A stretch of 64,000 bases of DNA from Chloroflexota bacterium (GTDB taxonomy: Bacteria; Chloroflexota; Limnocylindria; Limnocylindrales; CSP1-4). The notes beneath the pieces are model-generated. The model was given only the letters and a program-made list of their open reading frames with translations. It was not told where the DNA came from and did not search any database. Positions within the stretch are counted from its first letter, which is position 1. The number at the start of each line of letters is the position of its first letter. A program made the translations under genes and the position numbers. The stretch is from positions 18,184 to 82,183 of the forward strand of contig JBJMMR010000042.1 of the NCBI GenBank assembly GCA_045804645.1. Reading direction: 5' to 3'. Of the stretch, positions 1-8,910 are shown in pieces.

Positions 1-596
1 GCGCGACTCCCGAACGCCGACGCCCACTCGGCATCGGGACGATCGCATAGGCGATCGCCAATCCCGCGAGCGGCGCCGCTGAGACGACCATGATCACCTG
101 CCAGGCCGCACCGGCCTCGACGGCACGACCGATCAGCAACGGAGCGAGCAGCGCACCGACGCTGAACGACACGTGCAACAGGTTCATGGCGCGGCCGCGG
201 CCCTCGCGATAGACATCGAGGACGAGCCCGTTCGAACCGCCGTCCAGGCAGCCGGCCCCGAGCCCCGCGGGAACCATCGAGGCCACGAACAGCGGCCAGC
301 TCGGCGCGAGTCCGAAGCCGGCGACCCCGAGGCCGTGCAGGGCCGCGGCGCTCACGAGCACGGTCCGCCGTCCGATCCGCTCCATGAGTTGCCCACCGAT
401 GACGGACCCGACCGCGTACGCGACCGAATAGACCAGGTAGACGACCCCGATGCCGGCGTCGTTCTGATCGAAGGCGGCTTCGATCGACCGGATCAAGGAC
501 GGCACGAGGAGACCGGTCCAGCCGATGACCAGCAGGGTCAGGCTTCCGACGATGCCGGCCGCAAGCCGGCGGTCGGCGGATGGGAGGCTCACGCGA
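1..596 (-). CDS. MFS transporter, N-terminal part (gene continues beyond window start; C-terminus not in window)
   Basis: Minus-strand translation from GTG ~594 gives VSLPSADRRLAAGIVGSLTLLVIGWTGLLVPSLIRSIE...GSVIGGQLMERIGRRT... with hydrophobic helices and an MFS motif-A-like G-x-L-x-ER-x-GRR; not in ORF track because it runs off the window edge. Confidence 0.5.
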
Positions 597-755
597 CGAT
601 GCTATCGGCGGGCCGCGCCGACGACCACGCGTTCCCGTGCTGCCGTCCGCAACGAGGCGTCAGGTATCCTCCCCGGCACCACGTTGACCTAGCCGTCGTT
701 CTGGCACGGACCCGCGCCAGTCCTGCGCACCACCCCCGCCCGCCGGGAAGGAGCC

Positions 756-2588
756 ATGGACCACGAGCCCGTTCTGATCTCGACCATCGCGATCGGCCTG
801 ACCGCTGCGTTCATCGGCGGCTTCATCGCTCGCCGTATCGGCCTGCCTGCCATCGTCGGCTACATCGTCGCCGGCGTCGCGATCGGTCCGTTCACCCCGG
901 GTCTGGTCGCCGACCCGAGCATCGCCGTGGAGCTCGCGGAGATCGGCGTGATCCTGCTGATGTTCGGCGTCGGCATCCATTTCTCGTTCCGCGATCTCGC
1001 CGCCGTCCGATCGATCGCGGTCCCCGGCGCCGCGATCCAGATCGCGGTCATGACGACGCTCGGAACGGCGCTCGGGCTGGCTCTGGGCTACGGCATCGGA
1101 GGTGGACTCGAACTCGGCCTCGCCATCTCGGTCGCGAGCACGGTCGTCCTCCTTCGCGCCCTCGAGGACCGGGACGAGCTCGACACGGAGCAGGCGAAGA
1201 TCGCGGTCGGCTGGCTGATCGTCCAGGACCTGTTCATGGTCGTCGTGCTCGTGCTGCTGCCGGTGATCGCCCCGAGCCTGGGTGGTATCCCGGCCGAGGG
1301 CCACGGGGCGAGTGGATCGAGCGCAGCCCCCCTGGCCGAGATCGCCTTCGCAGTCGGACGCGCAGCGATCTTCGCTATCGTGATGGTCGTCGCGGGCGCG
1401 CGCGCCATCCCGTGGTTGCTCCTCCAGGTCGCGCGCCTCGGATCGCGCGAGCTGTTCACGCTGGCGGTCCTCGCGGTCGCGCTGGGCATCGCGTACGCAG
1501 CCTCGAGCGTATTCGGTGTCTCGTTCGCACTCGGCGCGTTCCTCGCAGGGCTCGTCGTGAGCGAGTCGGACATGAGCCACCAGGCGGCCGCCGACGCCCT
1601 CCCGCTGCGCGACGCGTTCGCGGTCCTGTTCTTCGTGTCGGTCGGGATGCTGCTCGACCCGACCTACCTCGTCGCGAATCCGCTGGCGATCGGCGCCGTG
1701 GTCGCGTTGATCGTGATCGCCCAGCCGCTCGTCGCGCTGGCGATCGTCCTTGTGTTCGGTCATCGGCCTCGGATCGCCCTTACGGTCGCCGCGGGCCTTG
1801 GTCAGATCGGCGAGTTCTCGTTCATCGTCGGGACGCTCGGCCTGACGCTCGGACTGCTCCCGGACGCGGGATTCCAGCTGATCGTCGCCGGTGCGCTCCT
1901 GTCGATCGCGCTCAACCCCGTCCTGTTCGCGCTCATCGAGCCGCTCGACCGGCGGCTACGGGACAGGCGCTGGTTGCGAGCGTTGACACAGCGCCGGAGC
2001 GGCGACCTCGCTGCGATCGGGACGGACCAGCACGCGGCGCTGGTCAATCACGCGGTGATCTGCGGCTACGGCCGCGTCGGACGACTGATCGGTCCCGCGC
2101 TCGAGCGACGCGGCTTCACGTACGCGGTCATCACACAACAGCGCGACGAGGTCGACCGGCTTCGGGCGCGTGGCGTCATCGCGATCTACGGCGACGCCGC
2201 ACACACGGAAGTCCTTCAGATGGCCGATGTCCCTCGGGCGCGGCTCGTCATCGTCGCGACTTCGGAGCCGAACGAGACACGCCTCATCGTGGAGCGCGTG
2301 CGAGCGCTCGACCCAGGCGTCGACATCGTCGTGCGGACCCACAGCGACAGTGAGGCCGCGCACCTGCGCTCGCTTGGCGGCAAGGTGCAGGCCGTTCACG
2401 GCGAGCGCGAGCTGGCCGTCCAGATGGCGCGCTACTCGCTCCGCCGGTTCGGTCTCAGCAGCGCCGAGGCGGAAGCCGTCGCACAGGGACTCCGGGGGCG
2501 GGCGGTGGCGGCGCCGGAACGTCGGCAGCGGCCGTTGGAGGCCGTCGTCGCGCGGGTCCGGGACCGGATCATCGCGAGCCGAGGTTGA
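756..2588 (+). CDS. Kef-type monovalent cation (K+)/H+ antiporter, CPA2 family, with C-terminal RCK/TrkA-N domain
   Basis: 610-aa ORF; ~12 hydrophobic helices followed by Rossmann-like ICGYGRVGRLIGPALERRGFTYAVI...AIYGDAAHTEVLQMADV (TrkA-N signature); the 173..2353 ORF in another frame is a GC artefact. Confidence 0.8.
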   Translation: MDHEPVLISTIAIGLTAAFIGGFIARRIGLPAIVGYIVAGVAIGPFTPGLVADPSIAVELAEIGVILLMFGVGIHFSFRDLAAVRSIAVPGAAIQIAVMTTLGTALGLALGYGIGGGLELGLAISVASTVVLLRALEDRDELDTEQAKIAVGWLIVQDLFMVVVLVLLPVIAPSLGGIPAEGHGASGSSAAPLAEIAFAVGRAAIFAIVMVVAGARAIPWLLLQVARLGSRELFTLAVLAVALGIAYAASSVFGVSFALGAFLAGLVVSESDMSHQAAADALPLRDAFAVLFFVSVGMLLDPTYLVANPLAIGAVVALIVIAQPLVALAIVLVFGHRPRIALTVAAGLGQIGEFSFIVGTLGLTLGLLPDAGFQLIVAGALLSIALNPVLFALIEPLDRRLRDRRWLRALTQRRSGDLAAIGTDQHAALVNHAVICGYGRVGRLIGPALERRGFTYAVITQQRDEVDRLRARGVIAIYGDAAHTEVLQMADVPRARLVIVATSEPNETRLIVERVRALDPGVDIVVRTHSDSEAAHLRSLGGKVQAVHGERELAVQMARYSLRRFGLSSAEAEAVAQGLRGRAVAAPERRQRPLEAVVARVRDRIIASRG

Positions 2589-2648
2589 TGCGGGTCGATC
2601 CTCGCGTCGTCCGAGAGCGAGCGGCCGCGGTCGATGCCCGGTGGACGG

Positions 2649-3641
2649 CTAGCTGCCTCGGGGCACGAGCACGACTCGCCGGTTCGGCTCCTCACCGATC
2701 GACTGCGTCGCGACGCCCGTGTGATCGCGCAGGGTGAGGTGGATCCAGCGGCGCTCGAGAGCGGGCATCGGCTCGAGCTGGAGCATCTTGCCAGTCTCCA
2801 TCACCCGCGCCGCGGCGCGATCCGCGAGCTCACGGAGCTGGCGCTCGCGCCGCCCTCGATAGTCCTCCACGTCGACCAAGACGCGCGTCCACGACCCCAT
2901 CTCCTTGGACAGCATCAGGTTCACGAGGTGCTGCAACGCCGAGAGGCGCTCGCCCTTGCGGCCGATCAGCGCCCCGAGCGAATCGCGGTCATCGCCCTGT
3001 GCGACGACGTTGAGGCGACTCGTTTCGCCGGCGGCGACCTCGACCGTGGCGTCGAAGCCGAGGTGACCCATCAACGTCTCGAGGATGCGCTTGCCCGCCG
3101 CGAGCGCTTCGGGCGACGCTTCCGATGCCTCGAGGTCGGCTCGCTCCGCAGCGAGTGACCCGCGTGCAGCCGCAACCTCGGCGGCCTCGGATGCCGACAG
3201 GTCGGTCGCGCCGCGACGGGAGCTGCCCGATCGATCGTCGCGCCGCGGGCCCGCTTCGCGTGGGCGGTCGTCCCGGCGCGGGGGCCGCGGCGCACGGTCG
3301 TCCCGCCGCGGCGGGCGGGCCCCGCGGTCGTCCCGGCGCGGCCCGCGATCGCTGTACTCCCGGGGTCCCTCGTCCTGGCGCGGGGGTCGGTCGTAGTCGC
3401 GAGCGGGCGACGCGGGCAGCGGCTGCGAGGCCGCCGCATCGCGCTTGGGCGCCGTGCCGCCGAGCGCACTCCGTGGCGCCGCGACGATGCGCGCCGGCTC
3501 GGCCCCCATGCCGAGAACGCCACGGCTGCCGGGGGTCAGGATCTCGAAATCGAGGTCGTTGAGCTCAGCCCCGAACTCGTCGCGCGCTGCCTTGAGCGCC
3601 TCCTCGACGGACTTGCCCGAGAACTCCCTGTATGCACTCAT
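2649..3641 (-). CDS. jag: Jag/KhpB R3H-domain RNA-binding protein (SpoIIIJ-associated)
   Basis: C-terminal KH/R3H region (GALIGRKGERLSALQHLVNLMLSKE..., WIHLTLRDHTGVATQSIGEEPNRRVVLVP); position immediately downstream of yidC; start MSAYREFSGKSVEEALK; the longer 694-aa ORF is an upstream extension overlapping yidC. Confidence 0.8.
   Translation of the reverse strand: MSAYREFSGKSVEEALKAARDEFGAELNDLDFEILTPGSRGVLGMGAEPARIVAAPRSALGGTAPKRDAAASQPLPASPARDYDRPPRQDEGPREYSDRGPRRDDRGARPPRRDDRAPRPPRRDDRPREAGPRRDDRSGSSRRGATDLSASEAAEVAAARGSLAAERADLEASEASPEALAAGKRILETLMGHLGFDATVEVAAGETSRLNVVAQGDDRDSLGALIGRKGERLSALQHLVNLMLSKEMGSWTRVLVDVEDYRGRRERQLRELADRAAARVMETGKMLQLEPMPALERRWIHLTLRDHTGVATQSIGEEPNRRVVLVPRGS
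3235..3365 (-). repeat. Imperfect tandem ~24-27-nt repeats encoding a PRRDDR(A/G)xRP low-complexity linker inside jag
   Basis: Repeated ggtcgtcccggcgcgg-like units; translated linker ...GPRRDDRGARPPRRDDRAPRPPRRDDRPREAGPRRDDRSG... Confidence 0.4.
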
Positions 3642-3643
3642 GT

Positions 3644-4846
3644 TCAGCGTCGTCTCCCTCGTCGGCCCTGGCGTCCGCGCTCCCGTCGGCGGATCGTCTT
3701 GTCGGCCGTGGTCTTCTTGTCGGCGTCCGTCAGGATCGCCGCTCGCTTGCTCGGATCTGGGGGTGGAGGCATCTCCACCGGGAAGCGTGGGGTGTGGTCG
3801 ACCGCGAACGCCGGCGTCCAGCCGAACAGCGGGAACATCGAGCCCCACCCGACGATCAGGTACTGCTGCACGATCGAGAAGATGGTCGCGACGATCCAGT
3901 AGATGAACAACCCTGCCGGCAGGAACCCGCCGTAGACGACGGAGATGAGCGGCAGGAAGAGCATCGTCTGGCGCTGGATGCGGGCGTTGGGGTCGTCGTT
4001 GGTCGGATCCGCGGCCGGCAACATCATCCGCGACTGCACGAGCTGCAGCAGCGCCGAGAAGATCGCCAGGATGCTGATCCCGAAGCCCGCGACCGTCGCG
4101 ATCGTCGATGGCTTGCTCACGTCGATCTCGATCCCGAAGAACGGGATGATCGTATCGATGCACGGTCCCAGCGCCGCGCTCGGCAGTCCGGTCGCAGGGT
4201 CGATGTTCGTGCATGTCAGGGGGACGACCTGGATCCCGGCGACGGTGAGCATCGCGCGCGGGTCGACATTGGTCAGGCCGTGCTGGATGACCGAATACAT
4301 GATGAACAAGAGCGGCAGTTGGAGCAGGAGCGGCAAGCAACCCGCGAGCGGGTTGACGCCGCGCTCCCGCATCAGCTCCTGCTGCGCCGTCCGAACCTTC
4401 ATCGAGTCGCCCTTGAATCGGCGCTGGACCTCCTTGAGCTCCGGCTGGAGGAGCTGCATCCGTCGCTGCGAGACCAGTTGCCGTCGATACAGCGGGATGA
4501 GGATCGCCCGGACCACGAGCGTGAGGACGACGATCCCCCAGGCGATCGCGGCCGGGACGCCGAGGTTGTAGAGGAACTCGTACACGCCGACCATGACGAT
4601 GAACATCGTCTGGAAGATCGGCGTGAACAGCCACGCCAGGAGGCTGACGGGGTCGGCACCGGGCGTGGCCGGCGTCAGCGGGGGTGCCGGCGTGGCCGAG
4701 GCGCCACCGGGACCCGTGGCACCCGGGACGCACGCGACGACGAGAGGGATGATCCCGAAGATCACGAGCGCCGGAAGGATCCGGCGAAGGCCGGGCGAAA
4801 GGGTCACGGGGCGGACGGCCTCTCTAGCGGACCGGGTCATACCCAC
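3644..4846 (-). CDS. yidC: Membrane protein insertase YidC
   Basis: 400-aa ORF with YidC/Oxa1 core (…[27 protein letters not shown]…[16 protein letters not shown]…); conserved position between yidD and jag; 5' end overlaps yidD so true start may be a few codons downstream. Confidence 0.85.
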   Translation of the reverse strand: MGMTRSAREAVRPVTLSPGLRRILPALVIFGIIPLVVACVPGATGPGGASATPAPPLTPATPGADPVSLLAWLFTPIFQTMFIVMVGVYEFLYNLGVPAAIAWGIVVLTLVVRAILIPLYRRQLVSQRRMQLLQPELKEVQRRFKGDSMKVRTAQQELMRERGVNPLAGCLPLLLQLPLLFIMYSVIQHGLTNVDPRAMLTVAGIQVVPLTCTNIDPATGLPSAALGPCIDTIIPFFGIEIDVSKPSTIATVAGFGISILAIFSALLQLVQSRMMLPAADPTNDDPNARIQRQTMLFLPLISVVYGGFLPAGLFIYWIVATIFSIVQQYLIVGWGSMFPLFGWTPAFAVDHTPRFPVEMPPPPDPSKRAAILTDADKKTTADKTIRRRERGRQGRRGRRR

Positions 4847-5030
4847 CGGGGTTCCATGGGTGACATCGGGCGATCCTCCTGGCCCCCATCCAGCTCCCCT
4901 TCAGCAGGCCATACTTCAGGATGGCCTGCTCCGTGTAGTGCGAACACGTCGGCTCGAAGCGGCACGACGGCGGGAGCCACGCGAAGACGATCCGGTAGAG
5001 CTTTATCGCCCCGATCCCGATCTGCTTCAT
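4824..5030 (-). CDS. yidD: Membrane protein insertion efficiency factor YidD
   Basis: 68-aa product [67 protein letters not shown], the canonical YidD CxxC…C signature; ATGA overlap with rnpA stop. Confidence 0.85.
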   Translation of the reverse strand: MKQIGIGAIKLYRIVFAWLPPSCRFEPTCSHYTEQAILKYGLLKGSWMGARRIARCHPWNPGGYDPVR

Positions 5031-5359
5031 GGAACGGATCCTCCGAGTACGCCGCCGCGGACGAGTGTCCGCTGCAACGCTCCGACCACGGCGTCATGGT
5101 CGGCCTCGACGATGCCAGGCCGGGCGATGATGAGGACGTCCCAGCCAGGCTGGAACGAGGGCGCCATCACCCTGAGCGCCTCTCGGAGTCGCCGGCGGAC
5201 CCGGTTCCGAACGACCGCACTTCCCAATCGGCGTCCGGTCGAGATCCCGAAGCGAGTCGCCGGGAGGTCGGTCCGCAGGAACCGAGCGGAGAGCAGAGGG
5301 TGGGACCTGGTGGCCCCTTTCTCCTGGATCGCCGCGAAGTCCTGCGGTCGAGAGAGCAT
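5027..5359 (-). CDS. rnpA: Ribonuclease P protein component
   Basis: Conserved position rpmH→rnpA→yidD; basic product [15 protein letters not shown]…[22 protein letters not shown] (RnpA R-N-R-x-K/R-R motif region); the upstream extension of the 199-aa ORF was rejected. Confidence 0.7.
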   Translation of the reverse strand: MLSRPQDFAAIQEKGATRSHPLLSARFLRTDLPATRFGISTGRRLGSAVVRNRVRRRLREALRVMAPSFQPGWDVLIIARPGIVEADHDAVVGALQRTLVRGGVLGGSVP

Positions 5360-5394
5360 CACGAGTCGCGGCGAACGTATGCCGCGCTCGGTCG

Positions 5395-5529
5395 TCAGGC
5401 GGTCAGCCGCTTCCGGCCCCGAGCTCGCCGTGCAGCCAGGATCCGGCGTCCCGCAGTCGTCTTCATGCGGGCGCGAAAGCCGTGCTCCTTGGCACGATGG
5501 CGCTTCTTGGGCTGGTACGTCTGCTTCAT
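5395..5529 (-). CDS. rpmH: 50S ribosomal protein L34
   Basis: 44-aa product [44 protein letters not shown], near-identical to bacterial L34 consensus. Confidence 0.9.
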   Translation of the reverse strand: MKQTYQPKKRHRAKEHGFRARMKTTAGRRILAARRARGRKRLTA

Positions 5530-5815
5530 CCGGGGGTCCTGCGATCCTCTCGATCCGACCTCGGGGACGGTCGCTCCGTCTTCCCCTAGAGGCACGCAAA
5601 CGCGCCCGGCGTCCCGCGGGACACATGGCGCGTCGTCGTCCGGCGGATGATAGGGCGGCCCCAGAGTGGGTGTCAAACGTTCGTAAGGGGCGGGTTGGGC
5701 CGGCCCCCGGGGGTCGACGACACGCATCGAGCGGTCGGCGGTCGGCGTGTGAGACGGCCGGTCGCGGGCGGACACCCGGGTCGCACGGATACCCCCGGGG
5801 AGTATGTGCGAAACG

Positions 5816-5845
5816 CCTTGCGACGCCATCTTGGCCGGTGCTATC
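5816..5845 (+). promoter_or_regulatory. Possible sigma70-like promoter upstream of dnaA (TTGCGA-18nt-TATCCT)
   Basis: Only hexamer-like pattern seen in the 387-bp rpmH-dnaA spacer; weak. Confidence 0.2.
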
Positions 5846-6036
5846 CTCTGCGGGCCCTCGGCGCCGGAGACGTTCGCGGGAGACGCCAGCAGCCTCGTGG
5901 AGGGGCGCAGCAGCGGTCGTCCGGCCTCGTCGGATGGACGTCGAACGGACGCTCCACCGCCACGCGCCACGACGCGGGACCCTAGCCGCCGCTACTTCAT
6001 CGACCGTCTACCCCGAACGTAGGTCCTATCGAACGA

Positions 6037-7419
6037 ATGGACGCGAAGCAGGTCTGGCGAGCCGCCCTGGGTGAACTCCAGGTCTCACTTTCGCCCGCCA
6101 ATTACGAGACGTGGCTGCGCGATACCCAACTGGTCGATGTCGACGAACAACGGTTCCGGATCGCCGTCCCCAACGGTTTCGCGAAGGACTGGCTCGAGAC
6201 CCGGTATCGGTCGCTGATCAGCCAGACGCTCGCACGGATCGTCGGCTACAGCGTCCAGGTCGAGTTCGTCGTCGGGCCATCGCCGAGCGAGGCACCGACG
6301 GACGGGGTCGAAAGCCAACGCCTGCCGGCGACCAACGGGCTCAACGGGCAGGACGTCCGGGTCGAAGCCACGCGCGTCGGTGGCGAGGGCGGCGCGACCA
6401 ACCTCAACCCCCGCTACACCTTCGCGAACTTCATCGTCGGGTCGGCGAACCGGCTCGGACACGCCGCGAGCCTGTCGGTCGCCGAGCGCCCGGGACACGC
6501 GTACAACCCGCTCTTCTTGTATGGCGGCGTCGGGCTTGGCAAGACCCACCTCATGCATGCCATCGGCAACCAGGTCATCGCCCGATTCCCGCGGAAGCGG
6601 GTGGTGTATGCGACGTCCGAGAAGTTCACGAACGAGTTCATCACGAGCATCCAGCAGGGCAAGATCGACGAGTTTCGATCGCGTTATCGGCGAATCGACC
6701 TCCTGCTCATCGATGACATCCAGTTCATCGCCGACAAGGAGCGGACCCAGGAAGAGTTCTTCCACACGTTCAACGCGATCCACGAGGACGGCAAGCAGAT
6801 CGTCCTCTCGAGCGACCGACCGCCGAAGGCGATCCTGACCCTCGAGGAACGGCTCCGCTCGCGGTTCGAATGGGGTCTCATCGCCGATCTCACCGCTCCG
6901 GACCTCGAGACCCGGATCGCGATCCTCCGCGCGAAGGCGGAGGAAGGTGCCGTCCCGATCACGTCGGACGTCGTCGAGTTCATCGCCCGCAAGGTCGTCT
7001 CCAACGTTCGGGAGCTGGAAGGCGCGCTCAACCGCATCGTCGCGTTCGCGAGCATGGGTGCGACCCCGATCAGCATCGAGCTCGCTCAGGCCGTCCTCTC
7101 GAACGTGCTGTACAACCCGAAGAAGCGCCAGGTGACGCCCGAGCGGATCGCCAAGGCGGTCTCGGACTACTACAGCGTCCCGATGGAGGCGCTCCAGGGC
7201 CAGAAGCGCGACAAGGCGATCGTCATGCCCCGCCAGATCGCGATGTTCCTCATGCGGGAAGAGACGGACGTCTCGCTCCTGAGGATCGGCGCCGAGCTCG
7301 GCGGCCGGGATCATTCGACGGTGCTTCACGCCTGCGACAAGATCACACGGGAGGTCGCCATCAATGACGAGCTCCGACGGGAGATCGCGGCGGTCCGCGA
7401 GCTGATCTACGCCGAGTAG
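6037..7419 (+). CDS. dnaA: Chromosomal replication initiator protein DnaA
   Basis: 460 aa; N-terminal domain I; AAA+ Walker A GGVGLGKTHLMHAIGN; sensor and box VII motifs; C-terminal DNA-binding domain (…MPRQIAMFLMREETDVSLLRIGAELGGRDHSTVLHA…). Confidence 0.95.
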   Translation: MDAKQVWRAALGELQVSLSPANYETWLRDTQLVDVDEQRFRIAVPNGFAKDWLETRYRSLISQTLARIVGYSVQVEFVVGPSPSEAPTDGVESQRLPATNGLNGQDVRVEATRVGGEGGATNLNPRYTFANFIVGSANRLGHAASLSVAERPGHAYNPLFLYGGVGLGKTHLMHAIGNQVIARFPRKRVVYATSEKFTNEFITSIQQGKIDEFRSRYRRIDLLLIDDIQFIADKERTQEEFFHTFNAIHEDGKQIVLSSDRPPKAILTLEERLRSRFEWGLIADLTAPDLETRIAILRAKAEEGAVPITSDVVEFIARKVVSNVRELEGALNRIVAFASMGATPISIELAQAVLSNVLYNPKKRQVTPERIAKAVSDYYSVPMEALQGQKRDKAIVMPRQIAMFLMREETDVSLLRIGAELGGRDHSTVLHACDKITREVAINDELRREIAAVRELIYAE

Positions 7420-7790
7420 CGGCCCGCCAGCGGCCACGCCGATCCCGGCCCGACGCCTCTACCCGCTGACGGCGTCCGGCCGCACGCGCCTCGCATGGGG
7501 ATATGTCCCTGTAATGTCCGGTGCCGCCGTGGATATGTTGGTGCAATCCCGCGTCGTCGAACCACCGCCTGTCCATCCATCCCCAGCCCGTCGACGCTGC
7601 CACCCCACGTGGAGGCCGCCTTGTCCACGCCCCAGCGGCTTCCGTCAACGCGCCGGACACGCACGGCTGAGCACGACCGTCCACGCGGTCAACACCGTTA
7701 CTACGGTGATGACGGACCTAGTAGAAAGAGAGAAGATACCCACCAAGACCCCCGGTCACCCGGACCACGTCCAGAGGGAGTGATGCCCAC
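7420..7790. other. Candidate oriC (dnaA-dnaN intergenic region) with DnaA-box-like motifs and an AT-rich putative DUE
   Basis: Motifs with GTCCAC/GTGGA core: cgtggatat (~7528-7536), ctgtccatc (~7569-7577), ttgtccacg (~7621-7629, 8/9 to TTGTCCACA), ccgtccacg (~7678-7686), palindrome ccacgtgg (~7605-7612); the most AT-rich stretch of the window gacctagtagaaagagagaagatacc (~7715-7740) lies just upstream of dnaN. Confidence 0.5.
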
Positions 7791-8909
7791 GTGAAGCTTT
7801 CGGTCATGCAGGAGAACCTGGCCCGCGGTCTATCGATCGTCAGCCGGGCCGTGTCGAGTCGGAGCACGCTGCCGGTGCTCGCGAACGTCCTGCTCAAGAC
7901 CGAGGATGCAGGGCTCAAGCTGACTGCGACGAACCTCGAGATCGGGATCACCTACTGGGTTCCGGGAAAGGTCGACGAGGACGGGGCGACGACCGTCCCG
8001 GCACGGTTGCTCACCGACCTTGTCAACTCCTTGCCGCCCGGCGATAAGGTCGAGCTCGAGGTGACCGCCGGTGACACCCTCCACGTGAAGGCCGGCCGGT
8101 TCCAGACCCATATCAAGGGGATCAGCGACGAGGAGTTCCCGGCGATCCAGACCGCGGGCGATCGACCGACGACGCGTATCGCCCAGAACATCCTCCGCCG
8201 CGCGCTCGCCGAGACCGCATTCGCCGCGGCAAGTGACGAGGCGCGTCCGATCCTCACCGGCGTCCTGGCACGGTTCGAGGGTGACCAGCTCACCCTCGCA
8301 GCGGCCGACAACTACCGGATCGCGGTCAAGACGGTGCCGATCCTCGATCCAGTCCCCGAGACCAGCGTCGTGATCCCCGCCCGCGCTCTGAACGAGCTCT
8401 CACGCGTCCTGGCGGACGTCGACGATCCGGTCGACGTCGTCCTCGCTGGTGCTCGCAACCAGGTGCTCTTTCACCTCGATGGGATCGACCTCGTCAGTCG
8501 TCTCATCGACGGCCAATTCCCGAACTACCAGCAGGTCATGCCACAGGCGCACGCGACGCGCGCGGTCCTCGATCGCGAAGAGCTCCTGCGCGCGGTCCGT
8601 CCGGCCGCGCTCATCGCGCATGAGTCGGCCAACATCGTGAAGCTGCAGATCGGCGGCGACGGCGATCCTGGCGTCACCGTCAGTGCGAACGCCGAGGTCG
8701 GCGATCACGTGGGCCAGGTCGAAGCGGCCGTGGAGGGCGATGGCACCACGATCGCGTTCAACGCGCGCTACCTCGCCGATGTCCTCACCAATGTCTCGGC
8801 CGACCAGTTCGCGCTCGAGCTGAACGGTCCGCTGTCCCCGGGCGTGTTCAAACCGGTCGGCGACGATCGATACGTCCACGTCGTGATGCCGGTCCGGACG
8901 ACGTCCTAG
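7791..8909 (+). CDS. dnaN: DNA polymerase III beta sliding clamp
   Basis: 372 aa, GTG start; MKLSVMQENLARGLSIVSRAVSSRSTLPVLANVLL… typical DnaN three-domain length; immediately follows dnaA. Confidence 0.95.
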   Translation: MKLSVMQENLARGLSIVSRAVSSRSTLPVLANVLLKTEDAGLKLTATNLEIGITYWVPGKVDEDGATTVPARLLTDLVNSLPPGDKVELEVTAGDTLHVKAGRFQTHIKGISDEEFPAIQTAGDRPTTRIAQNILRRALAETAFAAASDEARPILTGVLARFEGDQLTLAAADNYRIAVKTVPILDPVPETSVVIPARALNELSRVLADVDDPVDVVLAGARNQVLFHLDGIDLVSRLIDGQFPNYQQVMPQAHATRAVLDREELLRAVRPAALIAHESANIVKLQIGGDGDPGVTVSANAEVGDHVGQVEAAVEGDGTTIAFNARYLADVLTNVSADQFALELNGPLSPGVFKPVGDDRYVHVVMPVRTTS

Positions 8910-8910
8910 C

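Noticed and set aside
173-2353. 726-aa + strand ORF overlapping the Kef gene in another frame
   Set aside because: Arg/Pro/Gly-rich nonsense translation typical of GC-rich off-frame ORFs; the 756..2588 frame gives a coherent CPA2+RCK protein
2649-4733. 694-aa extent of the jag ORF
   Set aside because: Upper ~360 codons overlap yidC on the same strand in a different frame and translate to low-complexity sequence; jag trimmed to MSAYREF start at 3641
3632-5650. 672-aa + strand ORF antisense to jag/yidC/yidD/rnpA/rpmH
   Set aside because: Antisense to five conserved, syntenic genes; low-complexity R/D/E/P composition; no recognisable domain
5530-6036. Looked for DnaA boxes/tRNA in the 507-bp rpmH-dnaA spacer
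   Set aside because: No TTGTCCACA-like clusters or cloverleaf-compatible segments seen; only a weak promoter-like hexamer pair reported
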